A stretch of 64,000 nt of DNA, taken from Escherichia phage EC6. The position numbers and the translations under genes were made by a program. The stretch lies in the sequence record JX560968; one strand, given 5' to 3'. Positions 41,191-51,860 of this stretch are shown here, piece after piece (positions within the stretch are counted from its first letter, which is position 1; each line of letters starts with the position of its first letter). Under the pieces are notes generated by a model. It was given only the letters and a program-made list of their open reading frames with translations, was not told where the DNA came from and searched no databases.

Positions 41191-42089
41191 TATTTACCTA
41201 CTGACAAAGGTGCTTCAATCTTTCCTGCATGTTGATAGTTGCTAATACCACCAATAAAGTCACTTGCAGTGAGATGTTTTAAGTCACTTAAAGTGTTAAG
41301 TGGGATACCAATCTCAAAAGTTGGTGCATGGAACTCTTCATTGTTCATCAGTTCATAAACCTGCTTCATGTGGTTCTGATAAATCTGAGTATCTCCAAAG
41401 ACACCTATCAAATATCGTGGAGTGTATCCAGTCATCTTACAAAGAACTTCCAGAATAAAACCATAAGATGCAATATTAAACGGAAGTCCTAAAAAGGTGT
41501 CTACAGAACGCTGATACCATTGTAAGTCAACTTCACCCTCGTTAGTGATATAAATCTGAAACAGAACATGACAAGGTGCTAGAGCCATTGAGTTTGCTGC
41601 AATATCTGCTGCATTCCAAGCATTAACAAGCATGTAACGGTCTGTGATATCACCCTTCATCTTCGTTACTAAGGTCTCTAACTGGTCTACAACACAACCA
41701 TTATGACCTTCAAAGTTTCTCCACTGAACTCCATAGATTCTTCCACCTGCATCTTCTAACCAATCTTGTTCAGAAGAATAATTAGAGCTTAACCAACGTT
41801 TAAAATCATCTGACCAGATAGTCCAGCGTTCCCCATCATTTTCACTCCAAGTACGATAACGGAGTTCACCCAGTTTATTCTCACCGTTCAGGAACCATAA
41901 AGCTTCCCCAATAACTTGCCGTGTAAACACCTGCTTAGATGTTAAGAGCGGGAAACCAGTTCGCATATCAAAACGAAACTGAGGTGGAGCAAATGCAGAG
42001 ATAACATCTCCAGTTCGTGTAGTACGTAGTTCACCAACTGATAAAACATGGTTCAGGATATTTTTGTAACTTGAATCTGCTTGTGACAT
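41190..42089 (-). CDS. thyA: thymidylate synthase (ThyA-type)
   Basis: 299 aa; active-site context ALAPCHVLFQ, plus conserved TTKxxxxRxxxxELLWF-like and DLGPVYG-like equivalents. Confidence 0.85.
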   Translation of the reverse strand: MSQADSSYKNILNHVLSVGELRTTRTGDVISAFAPPQFRFDMRTGFPLLTSKQVFTRQVIGEALWFLNGENKLGELRYRTWSENDGERWTIWSDDFKRWLSSNYSSEQDWLEDAGGRIYGVQWRNFEGHNGCVVDQLETLVTKMKGDITDRYMLVNAWNAADIAANSMALAPCHVLFQIYITNEGEVDLQWYQRSVDTFLGLPFNIASYGFILEVLCKMTGYTPRYLIGVFGDTQIYQNHMKQVYELMNNEEFHAPTFEIGIPLNTLSDLKHLTASDFIGGISNYQHAGKIEAPLSVGK

Positions 42090-42090
42090 A

Positions 42091-42636
42091 TCAAAAGTGT
42101 CCTTTTACTTGTGGAACATAAATTTCAAAGGTTGCTTTACCATCCTCTGATGGTTTTGACTGTACCTTTGTAAATACACGACCATCATACAACTTCTCGA
42201 AGAAGTTTTCAAAAGGTAAATGCACAGTGACCTCTTCAGTAACTTTATGAAAGACTGTATGGAACACTACATCAGCATACGGTAAAGCATTGACAAGGAC
42301 ACCTGCACCACCAATTACAAAGACATCTTCATCAATAGAGCTATCAAGATACTTCAAAAATGCTCCAAATGACTCTTTACTGGCTTTAGCATACATTACA
42401 CCATCTTTGCCAAAGTCTATGCCTAAGTATGGTACAGAGTTTGTTAAGATGAGGTTTGCACGTTCTGGTAAAGGTTTACTACCCAGAGTCTTAAAAGTCT
42501 CATTACCCATTACCACTAAGTTGTTTTTAGTGAGTCTCTTAAACTCTTGCATGTCCTGTTTATGTCGAGGCCACGGCATACCAGTTGGAGTACCAAACTC
42601 ACCATTTTCACCACTTGCAAAGATTAATTTAATCAT
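42091..42636 (-). CDS. folA: dihydrofolate reductase
   Basis: 181 aa; GMPWP, VVMGNETFKTLGSKPLPERANLIL and VIGGAGV motifs; directly upstream of thyA. Confidence 0.75.
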   Translation of the reverse strand: MIKLIFASGENGEFGTPTGMPWPRHKQDMQEFKRLTKNNLVVMGNETFKTLGSKPLPERANLILTNSVPYLGIDFGKDGVMYAKASKESFGAFLKYLDSSIDEDVFVIGGAGVLVNALPYADVVFHTVFHKVTEEVTVHLPFENFFEKLYDGRVFTKVQSKPSEDGKATFEIYVPQVKGHF

Positions 42637-42893
42637 TTTGTAAACCCTCTCTTAATGAACCAGTTGATAACAGTCTTCACAGCTTTATTACTATGGTAGA
42701 TTAAGTGTGGTGTAGGTTGGTATGAACCATAAGCCCAGAAAGCAATGATTTCACTACACCCTGTACACCTTGTACTCTCTTCAGCAATATGACCGTTGAC
42801 TATCTCACTCACCTCACCTTGCAAGTCTGTACACCCACAATGTGGACAACGTATAGGTGTTCCATCAGACTCATAGCAGTGTTCAATTTTCAT
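42633..42893 (-). CDS. hypothetical Cys-rich protein (86 aa), zinc-ribbon-like
   Basis: CPHCGC...CTGC cysteine pairs. Confidence 0.4.
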   Translation of the reverse strand: MKIEHCYESDGTPIRCPHCGCTDLQGEVSEIVNGHIAEESTRCTGCSEIIAFWAYGSYQPTPHLIYHSNKAVKTVINWFIKRGFTK

Positions 42894-43409
42894 TTATTTA
42901 ACCTCAAAAACTGGCTCAAGAGCCAATATAAAGTCTACACAGTCATCTTCTTCATCCAGAATACCATCAAAGTTTTTAGGAACGAAGTCGAAGAGGCTCA
43001 TAACAAAACAGTCAGAAGTAACCCTAATAGTTCCTCCCATATTCTCTACAGTCAACACTGTACGACTTTCTTTTACCTCTCGCAGAAGATTGCTCACAAA
43101 GTCATCTAAGAAGTACTTCATCAGTGACTTAAAACCTTTAGGGTAATCTGTACCAGAGTATGTTTCAATCTGAGGTACAAGCTTAACATTTATACTAGTC
43201 TTTGTTAAGAACGTGCTAGAGAACATGCTATCAGGTAATTTACAAACAATCTTTCCAGTGCCTTCATGCTCAATCTCAACAAAACCAGCTTCATCGCCAC
43301 ACGTAACTATTTTAAAAGATGCTTCATTCTCATACTGTGAAGCCATAAACTTTTTAAGCATTTCTTTAAGGAAATCTGCATGAGCATCTTGTAAGTAGAT
43401 ATCAATCAT
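42894..43409 (-). CDS. hypothetical protein (171 aa)
   Basis: ORF in minus block. Confidence 0.45.
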   Translation of the reverse strand: MIDIYLQDAHADFLKEMLKKFMASQYENEASFKIVTCGDEAGFVEIEHEGTGKIVCKLPDSMFSSTFLTKTSINVKLVPQIETYSGTDYPKGFKSLMKYFLDDFVSNLLREVKESRTVLTVENMGGTIRVTSDCFVMSLFDFVPKNFDGILDEEDDCVDFILALEPVFEVK

Positions 43410-43422
43410 AATTCATCACCTA

Positions 43423-43782
43423 TTATGGGAACAGACACTTAATGTCATCGTTTTTGAAAACGAAGCTTGTGTAGTTGTGACCGTCAACATCCAGCCAAAC
43501 AGCCTGAACATCTACACCATCAAGATTGTGGTAAAGCTCTTTGATGAAGAGGTCTTTCACAATCTGGCTGCTAGTTGTTTCCAGCTTAATGTTTGAGATT
43601 GCTGAACCTACAGCCATATAACCCATTACACGTTTCTTCTCAGTATTCTTAATCTTACCATCTTTGTAAGTCATAATGAGATTGGAAAGAATCTTCACAC
43701 CATAATACTTCTCAAGGTGAGTAGGTGCACCATAAAAGCCTAATGCGAAGTTTTCAGAGTGGATAATGTTTTCACGTTTCAT
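43423..43782 (-). CDS. hypothetical protein (119 aa)
   Basis: ORF in minus block. Confidence 0.45.
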   Translation of the reverse strand: MKRENIIHSENFALGFYGAPTHLEKYYGVKILSNLIMTYKDGKIKNTEKKRVMGYMAVGSAISNIKLETTSSQIVKDLFIKELYHNLDGVDVQAVWLDVDGHNYTSFVFKNDDIKCLFP

Positions 43783-43783
43783 A

Positions 43784-44113
43784 TTAATCTGCCAACCTTA
43801 AGTTAAAATTAACACCAAATTTTTCGCATACTTCCAACATAAACTCAAGAGAGACATTACCAGTGAGATTGATTATGTTGGATACACGAGCCTGAGAGAT
43901 ACCACAAATTTTAGCAACTTGCTCTTGAGAAAGACCTCTGGATTTAATCTCTCTCTTAAAACGATGTGCAACGAAATCTCTCATTTCGTCTACATCCATT
44001 GGACAAATATAACTCTCCATTTCAGCTTCTCTGTCAGCCTCCCAATCATCTTGTGGAGCATAAGGGTCAAAAACCTCATTCATCTTTCTTCTTCCGTTTG
44101 CGTGAAGTGTCAA
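43784..44113 (-). CDS. helix-turn-helix DNA-binding protein (109 aa)
   Basis: HTH-like segment GLSQEQVAKICGISQARVSNI. Confidence 0.45.
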   Translation of the reverse strand: MTLHANGRRKMNEVFDPYAPQDDWEADREAEMESYICPMDVDEMRDFVAHRFKREIKSRGLSQEQVAKICGISQARVSNIINLTGNVSLEFMLEVCEKFGVNFNLRLAD

Positions 44114-44289
44114 TCAATGAATCTATGCTTGTAGCCCTAACCTTTTCACGTTCATCGTTAAGATAATCATCAAGAGCCTTTTCAATCTGTGAATCATCTT
44201 GGCAGATAACTGTAAAGACTGTAAAGCCGTCTGTATCATCAATTATCTTACCATAACCGCTTCTGGGATGTAACTTTTTAAGAGCCATA

Positions 44290-44673
44290 TCAAATACCTG
44301 TGCAGCTTCTGTTTTCTAAGAAATACTCAACGCCATACATAGCTTTTTGCATCAAATCTTCTTTAAACTGGATGCGATGATTGAGCATAGCCTGTACATC
44401 AATATCATCATGGTGCTTCTCTTTAATATTTGCAGATTGCAGGAAATACTCTGCAAGAACACGATACTGATAGTCAGTCACCTTATCAGTCATCTCTGTC
44501 AAAGACTCTTCAGAGATTGGTTTAAGTAACTCACCATTAGCTAAAGCAACACCTTTAACAATCTGGCAAGTGTCTTCTGGAACACCTGATAAGTCCACAT
44601 TTGGGAGTTCTGTTGCATTGACTGGTAAATTCATTGCCATAACCATTGCAGCAGCTAATAAAATCTTTTTCAT
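44290..44673 (-). CDS. secreted protein with signal peptide (127 aa)
   Basis: N-terminal MKKILLAAAMVMAMNLPVNA resembles a Sec signal peptide. Confidence 0.45.
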   Translation of the reverse strand: MKKILLAAAMVMAMNLPVNATELPNVDLSGVPEDTCQIVKGVALANGELLKPISEESLTEMTDKVTDYQYRVLAEYFLQSANIKEKHHDDIDVQAMLNHRIQFKEDLMQKAMYGVEYFLENRSCTGI

Positions 44674-44946
44674 AATGACCTCAAAGCTATATTAAATTTT
44701 GTATTACGTTGAGTATAAAAATAAGCTATAACACCTGACTTGTCAACAGATTTTATAGCTTATTTGGCAGATTTTTTATAAGGCTACTGCCATCCTTCCA
44801 TACCTTACACTACAAGACCCAACAGCACCGAGCCACACACTACCTCACTTAAAAACCCTCTTAGAAGACTCTTAAGTGATGCTGGTGAGTACCCGTTGGT
44901 TTATGCTGCTCAGTATACTCACCAAATTATCTATGTCAACAACTTT

Positions 44947-46050
44947 TTATTCATAATCCCTAATAACTAGCCCAACAGGGAACTGTAAAGAACCCTTACG
45001 AGTCATCTTCTGGAACTGAACCGTTAGAGGTTTCCCGATAAACTCTTCAGGATGCTCAGCAAGATACTGTTTCTTCTCATGAGTAGTCTTCCATGAGACA
45101 TCTACAAAGACGTTAGGAAGAGTCTCTACAACGAACTTGCCATGACCACGCTTATCAGTCTTTACACCAGTCACTTTAAACTCTTCAGTGTGCATCTTCT
45201 TGTGCTTAATCAAGAAGTATGAACGGTGACAACACTCATAGAAGGAGTCTTCAGAGATTGAACGGTACATTGCACCTTCAAACTTAGCTTCAACCCACTT
45301 ATCATGAGCTTCATCAAACTCTTCCCAAGAATTTACACGACGAGACTTAACAGGAACAACTTTACAGCCGTCTCTGAAGTCATTCAATGGTGAAGTCTCA
45401 ATGATATCTCTACGCTCAGGCCACGTCTTAGTACTATCACAGATATCGTACCAGTAAAACTTGAGTAGGTGTCGGTCAGGATTGTCTTCATTTTTAATCA
45501 TAGAGACAATATCTTCTAAGTCCCACCCATGAGCATAAATCTCACCATCAAACTCATCAACATCTTTGTGGAGCCTTAACATTGCCATAATGTCAGGTAT
45601 TAGTTCAGTAGGGATTTTGTAAACAGTATTCTCACGAGAGTATGCTGTAAATACACTGCCAATGCTCAAGTTCCTTGAAATCCTACAACGTACACCATCA
45701 AGTTTCGGTTGAGCATCAGCAGGGAACTTCAGATACTTTGTATGGCTAACCTTTGCAGCATCATGAGCAAGCTGTACACCTACCTTCTCAGTATTCTGTG
45801 CAGACTCTTTTGTGTAAGCATAACCTTTGCGGTCAACCTGCTTTTTATACTTTGCAGCAACTTCAAAGAGAGCTTGCTGTTCAGCGTTACGCTCATTCTT
45901 TTTACCAATGTTTTTAGGTTCTGCTGTATACTCTTCAAACATCATCTTGCCATTTTCTTTACCGTAGGTTGTAATAACTTTGTCACCTACAGCAACGCAT
46001 GACCAGACGTTGAAAGAGCCATCTTTATTTTGTTTGTACAGTATTGTCAT
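44947..46050 (-). CDS. ATP-dependent DNA ligase
   Basis: Adenylation motif I KLDGVRC and downstream nucleotidyltransferase motifs (EGAMYRS, FLIKHKK); start placed at the internal Met with the upstream ORF abutting. Confidence 0.6.
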   Translation of the reverse strand: MTILYKQNKDGSFNVWSCVAVGDKVITTYGKENGKMMFEEYTAEPKNIGKKNERNAEQQALFEVAAKYKKQVDRKGYAYTKESAQNTEKVGVQLAHDAAKVSHTKYLKFPADAQPKLDGVRCRISRNLSIGSVFTAYSRENTVYKIPTELIPDIMAMLRLHKDVDEFDGEIYAHGWDLEDIVSMIKNEDNPDRHLLKFYWYDICDSTKTWPERRDIIETSPLNDFRDGCKVVPVKSRRVNSWEEFDEAHDKWVEAKFEGAMYRSISEDSFYECCHRSYFLIKHKKMHTEEFKVTGVKTDKRGHGKFVVETLPNVFVDVSWKTTHEKKQYLAEHPEEFIGKPLTVQFQKMTRKGSLQFPVGLVIRDYE

Positions 46051-46051
46051 T

Positions 46052-46243
46052 TTATTCCTCTGAGTGATACCAAGTATTGCAAGCATTACATGCGTAAAGC
46101 TCTAAGTCATTTTTATCTGGTTTATGGAAACAGTTTGCTCCGCAGTGGCAACGAAACGGCTTTCCACCAACTGTCAGGATGAAGGATTGAACCTTTCCAT
46201 CAGGAGTTCGTACAGCATTTTTATGCTTATCTTCTTTGTTCAT
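46052..46243 (-). CDS. small Cys-rich protein (63 aa), paralog A
   Basis: FRCHCGANCFHKPD...YACNAC; paralogous to the 46568-46771 product. Confidence 0.4.
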   Translation of the reverse strand: MNKEDKHKNAVRTPDGKVQSFILTVGGKPFRCHCGANCFHKPDKNDLELYACNACNTWYHSEE

Positions 46244-46322
46244 TTATCTCTTGCCTCACAAGCTATGCAGCCTTTTGAGTAGAAGGAGTGCCAAGCGTGT
46301 ACACCAAAGTCTTCTTTGATAA

Positions 46323-46571
46323 TTAAATTGAATTTATAGCTTCCATGTGTTTTTCGTAGAAATCTAAACATTTTTCATCTTGCTCCTTTATGTAACTATC
46401 ATAAAATTCAGGTGATTCTGGTCTTTCGCCAAAAGAAATAACCTTCAGGTAGTACTTCCCATATGTGGAGTTATCTAACCAAGAGTCAAATAGTAATTTC
46501 TTAGTATTAGTCTTTGGAGGGATTACCAAGCTTTTCTCATACAATTCCTTCATCTCTTGAGTTATCTTCAT
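46323..46571 (-). CDS. hypothetical protein (82 aa)
   Basis: ORF between the two Cys-rich paralogs. Confidence 0.4.
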   Translation of the reverse strand: MKITQEMKELYEKSLVIPPKTNTKKLLFDSWLDNSTYGKYYLKVISFGERPESPEFYDSYIKEQDEKCLDFYEKHMEAINSI

Positions 46572-46771
46572 TGCATATCCTTAATCTTACCTAAGAACCT
46601 TACACCACAACTATTACACTCGTATATGTCTAAATTTGTGTTATCAGGTTTATGGAAACAGTTTGACCCACAACGACACCGGAATAGTTTACCATCAACA
46701 CGGAGAATGAATGTTTCAAGCTCACCATCTTCTGTAAGAACTGCATTCTTAAATTTATCTTCTACAGTCAT
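46568..46771 (-). CDS. small Cys-rich protein (67 aa), paralog B
   Basis: FRCRCGSNCFHKPD...YECNSC; shares the N-terminal M-x-EDK-KNAV-T-DG block with paralog A. Confidence 0.4.
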   Translation of the reverse strand: MTVEDKFKNAVLTEDGELETFILRVDGKLFRCRCGSNCFHKPDNTNLDIYECNSCGVRFLGKIKDMQ

Positions 46772-46974
46772 TTTCTCTTACCACCAATCTCTACGTCGAT
46801 AACTTGAACATCACCAGCAACATCAAACTTATGAATGATGCTTCCCACAGTGTAAGTCCAACCCTCTATGCGAACCAACTCACCTTCTCGTGGGACGATT
46901 GGATTACGTTGAGCTACGGTTGTAGTGGAGTGAACAACATCATAACAATAGATATAGTTTACTAGGACTTCCAT
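46768..46974 (-). CDS. hypothetical protein (68 aa)
   Basis: Small ORF, translationally coupled. Confidence 0.4.
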   Translation of the reverse strand: MEVLVNYIYCYDVVHSTTTVAQRNPIVPREGELVRIEGWTYTVGSIIHKFDVAGDVQVIDVEIGGKRK

Positions 46975-46983
46975 ATCTTCACC

Positions 46984-47238
46984 TTAAAAGAATAAGTCAG
47001 ATGCTTTTGGGTTGATTAAACTCATGCAGTTTTGAAGCATGGCTTCATTGTATCCATCTTGGCAAACTGCGTAGAGTTTATCGAAAGTTTCTTTTGATAC
47101 GGGGGAGACTGATAACTCTTGGCATACACTAAGATACCATTCGTAATCTAAGCCTCTGCTCCAAGCGTCAGCGATTATGGCTGTAGCTTTGTCTTTGCTT
47201 CTGATAACTTCATCAGACTTTCCAATTTTACTGTTCAC
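46984..47238 (-). CDS. hypothetical protein (84 aa)
   Basis: Small ORF. Confidence 0.4.
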   Translation of the reverse strand: MNSKIGKSDEVIRSKDKATAIIADAWSRGLDYEWYLSVCQELSVSPVSKETFDKLYAVCQDGYNEAMLQNCMSLINPKASDLFF

Positions 47239-47400
47239 GATGTTCTACCTCTCTGTACGTTCGTCGATAGTTTATAATAAGCTGTGCTAACTCGTTACTT
47301 TTAACATCTGAACGTAGCAGTTGCCAATCAAAACCTTTACCGACTCTCCCATATAAACTAAATAATTTTACTTTGCGTTTCATTTTGATGTTTCCAATAC

Positions 47401-47613
47401 TCAGAGGTCAATACTAATACGTTCACCCTTAAGAACACCTGTGCGGTCTCTTGCAATCTTTCCGTCAATGATAATGATATGCGCAGACATTAAGGAATCA
47501 CGATTAAAACCTTTTACGAACTTACTAGGCATCACCACAATAAGCATCTCTTGAATCAACTCTGGAGTGTAGCAGTTGTTGTGAAGTTGCTGAATAACGT
47601 CTGAAAGTGTCAT
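47401..47613 (-). CDS. hypothetical protein (70 aa)
   Basis: Small ORF downstream of the DNA polymerase. Confidence 0.35.
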   Translation of the reverse strand: MTLSDVIQQLHNNCYTPELIQEMLIVVMPSKFVKGFNRDSLMSAHIIIIDGKIARDRTGVLKGERISIDL

Positions 47614-47674
47614 ATAACCTCCTATATAAGATATTGTATAAGGTACTCTTCCATGAGCACCTTGTCAATACTAA

Positions 47675-48231
47675 TTAGTGTACTTCAAGCCAGCTTTTAC
47701 CAACCTTACCAGTACCTGTAACAAGCGTTTCTTTCTTAAGACCTAAGTTTTTAGAAGCTTGCCCATAATACCAGTCAGTAACTGCTTTCACTTCTGCCGT
47801 CATACTTTCTGGACATTCCCAACTCGTCTCGTCGTGATAGGAGCACAATAAACGAGCACCTATAGCTGGTTTGCGACCGTTCAACTTCATCAAACCTTCG
47901 TCAATCATACGACGGCAAGCAAGGTTAATTGCTTCATTCTGAACCTGCGCCTCACTACCCATTAGGGTATAGTTTAATAGTTTATGCGGTGATTTACACC
48001 ATAACCACGCCCCAGCGACCTGAATGTACCCACCCTTAGCGATTGCAGCACTCTTGCCGAAAACCTCTTCTAATGCCTTCTTAGTGGCCTTAAAATCGGC
48101 TTCTAAGTTATCAAGTAGTTTCTTAATCTTTGGTAGACGCATATAGTAGGTCTGCTTAGTTAATGCACCTTCCTCTGTAGAAGCTGCCTTAATGGTCTTG
48201 GCAAACTTCTCATCACCTGCACCGAACAATA
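47675..48231 (-). CDS. DNA polymerase (family A), 3-prime exon / C-terminal part
   Basis: Begins LFGAGDEKFAK, the second half of Pol A motif B (compare T7 YGFLYGAGDEK), and contains motif C LLCSYHDE; no independent ATG (the frame enters via TTG). Confidence 0.65.
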
Positions 48232-49036
48232 CATCTGGTCAATACACTCGCAAGGTGTACCAGTTCTCTTATGAACTTCTCCGCATTTCTACGGAGTGTC
48301 GGACTATATCACGCAGTAGTAATACTACCGTTGCACTTGGGAATGGTCATTAGCTTACCACCCTACTCTACTCAGTTCATACATTAAGTATGCTTTTCGA
48401 TAGTCTCTGAACGTTTCTCTGTTAGGAACTCTAAAATACTATTATTTACTAAGGTATGCAATTGCTCTCTTCATGTTCTCTATACTATCTGAGAACAGCC
48501 CAAGACCTCTGTTACAGTTGTGACACAGCATACCTCTTACCTGTCCTGTTTTGTGGTCATGGTCAACAACCAGCTTGGCTTTATGTCTTGAACCATCCAT
48601 GATAAAACCTTCACCACCGCAGATTTGACACTTGTGACCACACTTACTTAGTAACTCTTCGACCTCTTCTCTTTCTAAGCCGTAAGTCCTTAAGTAATAG
48701 TTCTTTACCCTTCCCTTTTCTCCACAAGCAGAACTGCAATACGTCTGTCTTGCTGTTCTAGGTGTAAACTGGTTATTGCAGCTTGGACATATTTTCTCTA
48801 TGACACGACTTGCTGCTCTTCTGTCTACTTCAAGAACGCAGTTTCTACAACGTTTTTGATTGTACTGATATGGCTTAAACTCTTCGCCACATCTGGAACA
48901 AACTCTTTCTTTATAACCTGCCATTGTCTCTCTCCCATTTCTACTATAGGAGTCCTAACAGAGACTTCGCTGCTGATTACCATATCTTTACAGACTTAGG
49001 CTTCCAGCAATTCACAACGTTTTACATGCGCCACTG
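48232..49036 (-). mobile_element. intervening sequence in DNA polymerase gene (group I intron-like) carrying an endonuclease ORF; boundaries approximate
   Basis: Splits Pol A motif B between RKKAKNGIYA and LFGAGDEK; an in-frame stop follows 17 codons into the insert; contains a free-standing Endo VII/HNH ORF; the proposed junction obeys the exon-U / intron-terminal-G rule. Confidence 0.5.
48442..48924 (-). CDS. HNH-superfamily endonuclease (Endonuclease VII-like), intron-encoded homing endonuclease candidate
   Basis: Signature VVDHDHKTGQVRGMLCHNCNRGLG plus two N-terminal Cys4 zinc-ribbon-like motifs; lies wholly inside the polymerase insertion on the same strand. Confidence 0.65.
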   Translation of the reverse strand: MAGYKERVCSRCGEEFKPYQYNQKRCRNCVLEVDRRAASRVIEKICPSCNNQFTPRTARQTYCSSACGEKGRVKNYYLRTYGLEREEVEELLSKCGHKCQICGGEGFIMDGSRHKAKLVVDHDHKTGQVRGMLCHNCNRGLGLFSDSIENMKRAIAYLSK

Positions 49037-51179
49037 ACGCATAGATACCATTCTTAGCCTTCTTACGGCCTTTAGTTATCTCGTGAAGAAGTTCTTCATC
49101 CTGAGTTTCTCTACAACGAATAATGTCATCCTCTTTGTTCAATGCAAAGTAGATGCTGTTAAGCGTATGTGCATCAGTACCTGTATACACCTCATATAAG
49201 TCATTATCCATATCGTAACGACAATACTTGTCAGTCTCTGGATTGAGGTACTTGTCAAGATGTTTGCAGTAGTACCGTCCATCATCCTGTTTAGTGAACT
49301 CGACAAACTCTTTACCTTCAGTTACTGCTTTAGTGAACTCTTTATCACCCATAAAGTTACACAGTAAAACAAGCTGTGCAGAGTTCTGGTCAACTGAAAC
49401 GATGTTAGTCCCTTCCTCACAAATCCACACCTCCCTCATAGGTGCTCCATAGACAGCAGCACCAGATGGTACGTTTACAATACCATACTGCGTCATACGT
49501 CCAGTTGAAGTACCAAACACCATTGCACCAGCACTAAGGCGACCATCTGGACGAATCTGGTTCAACCAACCTTTTTCATCATCCTTTGAGTTCTCAATAG
49601 TTCTGCGTCGGTGCATCAAAGTATAGTACTTAGCAATCTTCTGTCCAAGTTCACCTTCAATCGTATCATAAGATGATTCAGTAAGTTTTGGTGAAGTACG
49701 GATTAAGCAAGGCTCAAGCAAATCTGTGTACTTCTTCACAGACCAGTTATGCTCAATGTACTGTACACCTTCATGTTCAACATAACTCAAACCACACCGC
49801 TCAACCATTTCCTGCCACTTAGGATGCTTTGTAATCATCTTTTTATTGTCTTTGAAACGACAAACTTTGACAGGGTGACCATCTGAGTCTTTCTTGTAGT
49901 TCCAGTCATCTGGAATCCAACCAACTGATTTCAAGTAGTCTTTAACAACTGCTACCTGAGTCATACGAGAAACTTCAAACTCAATTGGTGTATATGGTGC
50001 ATCAATCAAACCTGTGTAGCGACTTGACTCAAGTTCAAAGTGGTTAACAACGTGGCTGTTATAGTACTTCACAGTTTTGACTGTTTTTACTGGCTTCCAG
50101 TCTTTGCATTTCTTACCAATCTTTGCATTCAACTCATTGCAAATTGCACGAGCATCCTTCATTGCTACAAAGCCTTCCTTGTACTCTTCACCAGTTACAG
50201 AGTTGGTTGGTGTATAGCAATTTCTCTTTTCAATGTTAAAAATCTTTGTAGTTGGCTTACCAAATGGCTTGATTTCGTATGTCTGCATCTCACCGTTACG
50301 TACCTGCTGACGATACTTTGTCTTAGGATACTTGGTAATCCTCTTCAGTCCATCTGCATGACCAAATGTTTCAACATACTCATTCCAAGCTTTTGCAAAC
50401 TCTTCTCCAGTGACTTTACCTTTGGTCTTAATAGTTGGAGGAAGATGTGGTTCAACCTCTGAAGCAAGCTCATTAGTCAACTTGTCAAGTTCCTTTACAT
50501 GGAACTCCATAAGCTCTTTATCAGCTTTCCAACCATTGATAGCTTGTTGACTCATCCAGAAAGATGTTTCTTTAGCTCGCATGTAAGTTTCATAAGTGTC
50601 TATACCACACTTCTTAAGCTTGAGATACTCGTTATCAAGTGCCCGTTTAGTTTTGGCGTTAATACGGATATCTTCTACAACACGAGTGAAGATTTCTGCA
50701 TTCCACACACCCCAATGTTCAATCTCTGGTTTACGAACACCAACACGAGCACCCCATGCAGCCAAACCATGAGCACCTTTATAACCCTTTGGAGTTGGTC
50801 TATCCATCCACTGAACACGAGACTGGATAAGAGAATCCTGAAAGAAATTACTCCACGGTTTACACTTTGGATTATCAAAGTTCCATAAATCAGGTGCAAT
50901 GTGATTGAAAACCCACCAGTCATAACCGAGACCGTTGTGGATGCAAAGACGTTTTGCCTTTAACGCAAACTCAATACCTTCACGTAAGCCACCCTTGATG
51001 TACTTGGTATACTTGTGACCGAGGATAGGCTCATCTGTAAAGACCCATACAGGTGGCTCTTCATCATCAGATTTATAGTCTGCGAAAGCCATTACGTGCA
51101 CTTTAGTGAACTCAAGGAGTAAACCATCAGTTTCTGTATCACCAACTAAATGTAAGTTTTTAAAATCTACGTTTTCCAT
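49037..51179 (-). CDS. DNA polymerase (family A), 5-prime exon with 3-prime-5-prime exonuclease domain
   Basis: Exo I motif VGDTETDG; palm motif A-like SVDQNSAQL; ends in the first half of motif B (GRKKAKNGIY); the internal ATG at 51179 has a GAGGGAG RBS and is preferred over the annotated 51209 start. Confidence 0.7.
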
Positions 51180-51236
51180 TTTTACTCCCTCTAAAATCAT
51201 TAACCTCATACATTACTGCAAAAAATTATAAAAAGC

Positions 51237-51262
51237 AAGTTGACAATGCACTTGACAAGGTG
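51237..51262. promoter_or_regulatory. conserved tandem TTGACA element (GTTGACAAnGnACTTGACAAGGTGT), copy 2
   Basis: Near-identical to the element at 9749-9774; lies in the divergent region between the polymerase and the plus-strand block. Confidence 0.5.
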
Positions 51263-51436
51263 TTAATCTTTGCGAAGTGGGTTTTTACTTAAAAGGTTAC
51301 TTAACAGTTTAACTATACAGATACTTTAAAACTCTTAAAAGATTATTTAATAGCTTTTAAAAAGCTTTAAAGTATAACGTATAGAATACGTTAAGATAAA
51401 AGATTAAAACTTAATAGTTACTTAAAAGAGGCTTAC

Positions 51437-51859
51437 ATGCAGAAAATGTTTGCTCACCCAGACATAGCTGACTTTGTTAGAGCTTTGCAGAAGTTGGAAG
51501 AACTTGACATTGCTGCTCAACGGGAATATGCTCACCATCACAGGAGAATGGTTGATATACAACATGAAATAGAGTTGTCTGAAAACTATGAAGATGACTT
51601 AAAATGCTCTGTATTTGAGCATATGAAAGATGTTGCTACAGCGAGACGCAAAGCTAAAGACACAGTTGCTTTACTAGATTCTCTTAAAAAGAGGTTGCAA
51701 AGTGGTACAGACCTGTGTAATCTAGCGTCACTGATTAACGATGTTGAAACTTCTTGGGATAGGCACTATTATCCACGTTCTGAAAAGACACTTGACTTTT
51801 CTTCATCCGAAAACTTAAAATGTTCTAGAAAGAAACTTAACCAACTGAGAGAGAAATAA
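51437..51859 (+). CDS. hypothetical protein (140 aa)
   Basis: First plus-strand ORF after the divergent region. Confidence 0.45.
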   Translation: MQKMFAHPDIADFVRALQKLEELDIAAQREYAHHHRRMVDIQHEIELSENYEDDLKCSVFEHMKDVATARRKAKDTVALLDSLKKRLQSGTDLCNLASLINDVETSWDRHYYPRSEKTLDFSSSENLKCSRKKLNQLREK

Positions 51860-51860
51860 T

